Part shown: in pieces, positions 57,770-64,000 of the stretch | How the letters are laid out: each line of letters opens with the position of its first letter | Position numbering within the stretch: the stretch's first letter is position 1 | NCBI GenBank assembly: GCA_965240325.2 | Contig: OZ251228.1 | Location: forward strand, 1,178,001 to 1,242,000 | From: Rebecca billardiae RCC1528 | Taxonomy: Eukaryota; Protista; Haptophyta | Length of the DNA: 64,000 bases | Direction of reading: 5' to 3' | The notes under the pieces: model-generated | The model's database searches: none | What the model was told of the DNA's origin: nothing | The model's input: only the letters and a program-made list of their open reading frames with translations | Position numbers and translations under genes: made by a program

Positions 57770-60406
57770 TCATTTCTTTTGCTTGAGCTTTGCGGCCTGC
57801 TTGATGGCCGTCTTCAGGTCAGCCTCCGCCTTCTTCGCCTCTGCCGTCGCGGCCAGCTCCGCCTGCACCGCCTTCAACGCGCCCTGCACGAGCGCGACGA
57901 CGGCTGGCTTCAGGTCACCGGGGTGGAGCGCCTCGGACTTGAAGTCCGCCTCCACCTGTGCTGGCTGCGTGTACTCGACGTCGCCGCCGTTCTCAGGCTT
58001 CCGCTTCACGCTGAGCGCGCCTGCGCGGAGCCACGAGAGGCGCGGTGGGGCGGGCAGCGGTGGGACGCGTGCGGCGCGGGCGGCGGCGCGGGCGGCGGCG
58101 GCGGCGGCGCGCGCGCGCGGCCCGGGCCGCCTGCGCGACGGCGCGCCGCGCGGGGCGCGCACCGCCCTGGGCGATGAACGCCTGCGCGAGCCGCAGCGGC
58201 GCGTTCCGCGAAACCTCGCCGACCGCGCAGTACGCCTTGTTCAGCTTGCGGCTGCCGTCCGCGGCGGGGTTGTCAAGGACAGTGTACTCGCATTCGGGGT
58301 CGAAGACGCCTGGCGTGAGCCAGTCGCGCAGCTGCGCCTCGACCGGCGCGATGCAGCGCACGGCCGGCTTGGGCAGCCCCTGCGACTCGACGTAGCGCGC
58401 GGCGAACTCGCCGAGCGCGCGCTCGGCCGGTGGCGCGCACAGCGTGTGCGGCGCGAGCGCGAGGCAATCAGCGACGTGCATCAGCACCTTCACGACGAAG
58501 CCGGCCTGCTCGTTGGCCGGCGCGGGCTCGAGCTGCTGCAGCTCGTCGAGCATGAATGCGCGCCCCACGTTGATCGCCGAGATCCAGTAGTTGGACGGGT
58601 CCCCCAAGATGGCCTCCGACTGCCAGAGCACGCGCACGCGCGCCATCAGCTGCGGCCGCAGCGCGCGCAGTGCGGCGAGCAGCACGACGAGCGCCGCACG
58701 CACGCCTTTCGCGGAGCCCTCGAAGCAGTTGAGGCACTGCGCGGTCCAGTCGCGCAGCCACAGCACCGGCGCGCACCCCTGCGGCGCGCCGTCGAGCAGC
58801 GCCGCCGTGGAGAGCACGTCGCCGAGCGTGACGTGGCCGTGCAGCGGCAGCGGCGCGCACACGACGCACGCCCGCTCCGACCCGCTCAGCAGCTCGAGCC
58901 TGCGGGCCGCGGGCTTGACGGCCTCCTTGCTGAACTGGCGCACCTGCGCGAGCAGCTCGCGCGCGTGCGCGTCCTGCTCGAAGTGGTCGCGCACGGGCTG
59001 CAGCAGGCTGTTCACGGCCTGCGCGGCCGAGCGCAGCGTGCGGCCGCGGGCGCCGCCGACGGGTCGGGCGCATGCGCGTGCGCGCGCGCGCGGGGGCTCG
59101 CGTCAGCGGCCGCGCGCGCGCGCGCGCGCCCAACGGTGGGGCCGCGCGTGGCGCGCCACCCTCGGCGGCGGCGCGGACGCGCGCGCACCGCGACGAGCGC
59201 GCGCTTCAGCTCGTCCTCCGAGATCTGCCCCTCGACGAACGCGCGCTGCACCTCGTCCGCGGAGCCGAACACGCGCGGCCCCACGGCAAATGTCGCGCCC
59301 GGCCGCCCGAGCACGATATGCCTCACGTAGTCGAGGCACGGGTTCTGCAGCGCGTCCTCGACGAGGTGGAGCGCGGCGTCGCTCGGCGCGCTGCCGTCGG
59401 GCACGCGCGGGCAGTGCGCCTGCATGATCTTCCGCTCGACGTCCGCCGCCGAGTCCTCCATGAAGATGGCGGAATCGGAATCAGACTTGGACATCTTTGA
59501 CTGGCCGGCCTTGAGGCCGTAGAGCATGTGGTGAGAGAGGATCACCGGCTTGAGCTTGACGCCCGCCTTGCCGCAGTAGTCGCGCGCGAGCATGTTCACC
59601 TTGCGCTGGTCCACGCCGAGCTGGCACACGTCCGCGCGCAGGAAGAACACGTCGGTGCACTGCATCAGCGGGTAGAGCACCTGCGCGCCCGTCAGCCTGT
59701 TCTCGGCGCGCGCCATGATCGTGCAGCACTTCTTGATGCGGTCGAGGTCGAAGCAGCGCGCGATGTCGAGCATCTTGGGCCAGTACGTCGAGGCCTTGGA
59801 CGTGATCTCGTCCGCGCACCACAGGAAGCGCACGCGCTCCATGTCCATCCCCGCCGCCTTCCAGACCTCGATCAGGTACTTGCCGACCGTCTGGATCTTG
59901 GCCAGGTCGCCTCCCATCTTGTCGTTCATCAGCGCGAACCAGTCGGCGACCCAGAAGAGGAAGGTGCCGCCGGCGGAGGTGAGCTTGTTCACGTTGATCG
60001 CCTTGAACAGCCCCTGCGCGATGTGCATCCGGCCCGACGGCTCGAAGCCGTCGTAGCACGTGAAGTTTGGCTTCTTGGCGAGCAGGTTCTTCAGGTCGTC
60101 CACCGTCTGGCACTCCTCGCCCACGCTGAGGACGAGGTCGAGGAGGCGCTGCGCCTCGGGGTCAGGCGCGGAGGTGGCCTCGCCACCGCCACCCGCGGCC
60201 GCCGCCGCCGCGCCCTTCGGCGCCGGGCTCGGCGCCGGCTCGGCGGGCTTGGCGCCCTTCTTCCCCTTGGGCGCGGCCGGCGCCGTGGCAGCCGCGGCCG
60301 CGGCCACGCGTGGTGCGGCCGGCGGGGCGGTCGGGCCCGCGCAGCCGATGACGGCGCCTCGTTGCGCGCTGTCGATGAGGGCGTCGAGCTGCGAGAGCGC
60401 CGACAT
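57770..60406 (-). CDS. TyrRS: Cytosolic tyrosyl-tRNA synthetase, double-length pseudo-dimeric type; exons 60406-59189, 59018-58163, 58020-57770
   Basis: CYDGFEPSGRMHIAQG, YPLMQCTD, CQLGVDQRKVNMLAR, KMSKS. The second degenerate half has VLWLRDWTA, RKLNKAYC, RKPENGGDVEY and LHPGDLK. Confidence 0.93.
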
Positions 60407-60558
60407 GCCCGCGGAACGCGTGTGCGCCGCGCGTGTCCACGGGGACAAGTCGGCCGGTGTGCCAGCGGATTCGTGTGTGTGAAAGAGCGGCCACGCAGCA
60501 TGGCGGCGAAGCCCTGCTCTGGGCGCGAGTTTACCCGCATCTCGCTCGCCGGCCGCGG

Positions 60559-62266
60559 ATGGCACGCTCCGGCGAGCCGGGCGCCATGAGCGACTCGCGC
60601 GAGCACATCACGATCGAGCCGCTGCTCGCGCCGGCGAACGGCGAGGAGCGGCGGACGAGCGACATGCCCGAGGGCTGGGCCCCGGCGCGCTCGAGGAGCG
60701 CCCCCCAGCGCCGTGCCCACCACGGCCAGCCCACGGGCATCGCCTCGGCCGACGACGAGCCCGGCATGTACCACGAGTACGACGACGAGGACACAGACCG
60801 CTGGGCGAGTGAGGACGAGGCGCGGCGGGTGAGCGCGGATTACCGGCGGTCCGAGTACGCGCAAGCGCGCGCGCGCGCGGACGGCGAGATCCCCGAGAGC
60901 CGCTCGGCCGGCTCACCCCAAGTCGATCAGGGGAACGGCGGCGCGTCGTCGACGCTCGGCGGGAGCGACTCGCGCCGCGGGGACTCGCGGCGCGGCGGCC
61001 CGTCGCGCCGGCCGAACCCGTGGGAGCACTCGAATCGGAAGACATTCAAGCCCATCATCACGATCGGCAAGCCGAACGACTTCGCCGGCCGCAGTATCAT
61101 GCACCGGCGGCGCACACCCGGCATGACGGGCCGCGGCGCGCCGGCCGTGCCCACCACGTCGACGCTCGCGAGCACGACGGCCGAGTCGCTGCTGCGCTCG
61201 GCGTTCCGCTGCTCGTCGCTGTGCATCGGCGCGGCGATCGACGTGAAGGAGGTCTACCAGCACTACCAGATGCGCGGGCTGCACTGCACCGCGTACAAGG
61301 ACGGGCTGAACGTGGTCGTGCACTGCCTGCACCACTCGGAGGACGACGAGTCCGACGCGCACGCCTTCTACTTCACGTACGGCGGGATGGTGCTGTGGAA
61401 CCTCGACCCGACGGTGGAGCAGGCGCTGGTGCAGGAGGCGTGCGACCTCTTCTCGCGCGGCACCCTCGACGAGCCCGAGGTCGACGACTTCCTCTACGTG
61501 TACGAGGCGCAGAAGCCGGACGCAAAGCCGCACATTCACAAGGACGTGATTCACCTCACGACCTCCGACATCATGGAGAAGCTCGCGGTCGCGTTCGGGC
61601 TGGCGCAGTCGGCGAAGCTCGGCGTGTTCGAGCGGATCACCGAGGCGACTATCTCGAATACGCGCTCAATACCCGAGCAGCTCGCGCAGAGCGGCAAGAT
61701 CAGCCTCTCGCGGTGCGCGCGGATGCGCGCGCCGCGCGCGGCCCGGGCACACGCCGCGCGACCGCGCTGCTGGCTGGTGCGGTGGCCGCGCGCGCGCTCA
61801 CCGCGTGCGCCGCGCGTCGTGCTGCGCGCGCAGCAAGGAGATCTCGATGCGTGTCGGCCAGCTCTTCGTCGACCGCTCCTCCGTCAACCTGCACTCGGAC
61901 ATGCTGGACACACCGGACTTCTTCTGGGAGGTGCTCGCGCCTGCGGAGGGCGGCGCGCGCGCGGCCGCGTGCGCTGTCCGTGGCCCACCGACGTGCGCGC
62001 GCGTCACCCCGCGCGCGCCCGCGTTGCAGGACGACGAGTGGGAGCCGCTCTACCAGAAGACGGCCAAGTACCTGGAGATCGAGAAGCGCGTCAACGTGCT
62101 CAACCACCGGCTGGACATCATCAAGGACCTCTTCGACATGCTCGCCTCCGAGATGCACGCCAAGCACGCGACCAACCTCGAGGTGATCGTCATCGTGCTC
62201 ATCCTCATCGAGGTCATCTTCCAGGTGCTCGAGCTGATGCAAAATCGCGTGTTCGCCGATTCGTGA
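60559..62266 (+). CDS. RMD1/Sif2/YagE (DUF155) family protein; exons 60559-61712, 61834-61930, 62030-62266 (alternative ATG 60586)
   Basis: FYFTYGGMVLWN, KLAVAFGLAQSAKLGVFE, VNLHSDMLDTPDFFWE, YLEIEKRVNVLNHRL and the C-terminal TM LEVIVIVLILIEV. Confidence 0.92.
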
Positions 62267-64000
62267 GGCGCGCGGCGCCACCGATGATTAAGCGATTCGC
62301 GCCGCGCCGGCGGCGGTGTCGGTGACGGCAGAGCTGCTGGCTCAGACGAATCGGATAGCGCGTCATGTAATCAGACAGCATCTAATAAACATATGTATTA
62401 ACGACGACGTGGTATGCAACGGGCATAAGGCGTCAGAGTCAGCAAGCTGTAGCAGCAGATCGAGCCGCAGCTGGATCGACAAACACCATATCAGGATCAG
62501 CGCTCCTCGGCCTCGCCTGGTCCGCGGTCCCCCCGCCAGCCCCTCGTCTAGTAGTCGCGCCCATATTCGGATAACACGCGCATTTTGATGACGACGATGC
62601 GCGCCGCGCGCTATTGATGATCGTCGTCATGACGACCCGGAGTACTTCTACAGTTACTCACAGATCAGGAGATCGACCTGCGCCGTCATTACTTACGGGC
62701 CTGTGTCTCGTAACTATCATCCGATCCCGGATATCGGCAGCAGAAATAACTGTGACGAATCGCGCAGCAATGCATCATTATTATAAGCGACTATTTGTGA
62801 GTCTCGATTAGTTGATTAGTGCCCTGCCACTATAAACAGCGTAGCGGTAGACCGTCAGTGTTTGCTGAGTTGTGAGTATCATCCTTATAGTTATACTATA
62901 GGACGACTTACCAGGGCACATCAGGCTGATGCTGACTCTGAGTGGCATAAAACCGTAAGCTAGACGCCAGTGCTGAGTCCATCGAACGCCGGTGCCATGC
63001 CGACATGCCCTGCGGGCGCGGCGCCGATAGACCGGATAGATACCGGGTATGGCCAGTGGCCAGATGACTAGTTATGAGTATGATGCGTCTAATGAGTAAT
63101 GACGAGTGACGGTGACGTCGTCGTCGTCTGAGGCAATAACCACTTTATTGTTCGGCGGAGGCTGATCAACAGTCCGGGCAGTAGTGCGGTGCCCCGCCGC
63201 CGCCGCCCGAATGCTGAATCGATGACAATAATCGTTATTATTGTCTGACCGCGGTCGCACGAAAATCACTCCGGCTACCCGGGCGTGCCTTACCCCCATA
63301 CATGAATACTACGAACCCGATATGCAAGTCTGACAGAAAGAATAAGATCATTATTCTGTCGTCGCGTAATTTAGTTGATGTATCATATCGTCACAACTGT
63401 AGTACAGCTAGTATCTGCACACAGCTCCGAGGCAGGCGAGATTGACGCCCGCCAACTGTCACCGCCCATGAATCAATGCATGAAGCCGTCGCCGATGGTA
63501 GCGCCTGTTAGAGCAGGACAGATACGATTGCACTCGATACAGCACGTGTGGGCTGCAGTCCGCCTGGATCGACCCCGCTGAGACGGCGGCGCTCCATCCG
63601 TGAGCGCCGGCGGCCGATCACATGTCAATGCGTCGCAACCAACGGGCGCGCGCTGAAACCGATCACTCCGGGGCCAACCTTCCGAGACTCCACTGAGCTT
63701 CGGACTCTGGTTGTCCGGACCGTTCTGCAGCGCGCCCTCAATGGCTGTAAGCTTGTCCGTGCGGGTAGATGAGCGTGTACAATCAGCTCGTAGTGCATCA
63801 GTGCCAGAATACTCTGACACTCCTCCTCACTGAGCACAGCGAGATGCAGTTAGTGTGCGTACGCGTGTGCGCGGTGTTGTTGCGCGCGATGATGCCGGCG
63901 TACATGTCTGTGACCATGTCGACTGTTGTCCCAACCAGTTTGGTCCGTCGAGGTGTTGACGGCGGTATCTCCGACTCGGGTGTATCAACCCGTCTCCGTC

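Noticed and set aside
62397-62445. Short motif ATTAACGAC..GTGGTATGCA..ACGGG..AGTCAGC shared with 16764-16800 downstream of PreP
   Set aside because: Too short and degenerate to call a 3' regulatory element or repeat family from two loci.

Overview
GC-rich eukaryotic nuclear DNA with short GT-AG introns (donors mostly GTGCGC) and Ala/Gly-rich codon bias. This is consistent with a high-GC alga such as a pavlovophyte haptophyte, which is an inference only. Genes: two paralogous SEL1-repeat + MYND-finger genes in a ~3 kb segmental duplication, presequence protease PreP (plus a 5' fragment fused to an exportin-6-like remnant and a 3' duplicate bounded by (TA)n), two F-box-like/RCC1 paralogs, adrenodoxin reductase, an OTU deubiquitinase, a 9-exon protein with eight copies of an unfamiliar 10-Cys module, a pRiA4b-ORF3-like protein, a type I membrane protein with a duplicated ectodomain, a PH-PX-coiled-coil protein, a homeodomain factor, a double-length TyrRS and an RMD1/DUF155 protein. 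Intergenic DNA holds many non-autonomous DNA transposons: a TA-flanked MITE, two Helitron2-like copies, a Harbinger-like element nested in a foldback, and a P/Galileo-like foldback. The best candidates for a new system are (i) the SEL1-MYND pair, whose central 108-bp repeats are reshuffled and hypervariable at fixed positions while the flanks are nearly identical (variable-receptor-like), and (ii) the 10-Cys repeat surface protein growing by exon+intron duplication. All family assignments come from motif recognition by eye, not database searches.
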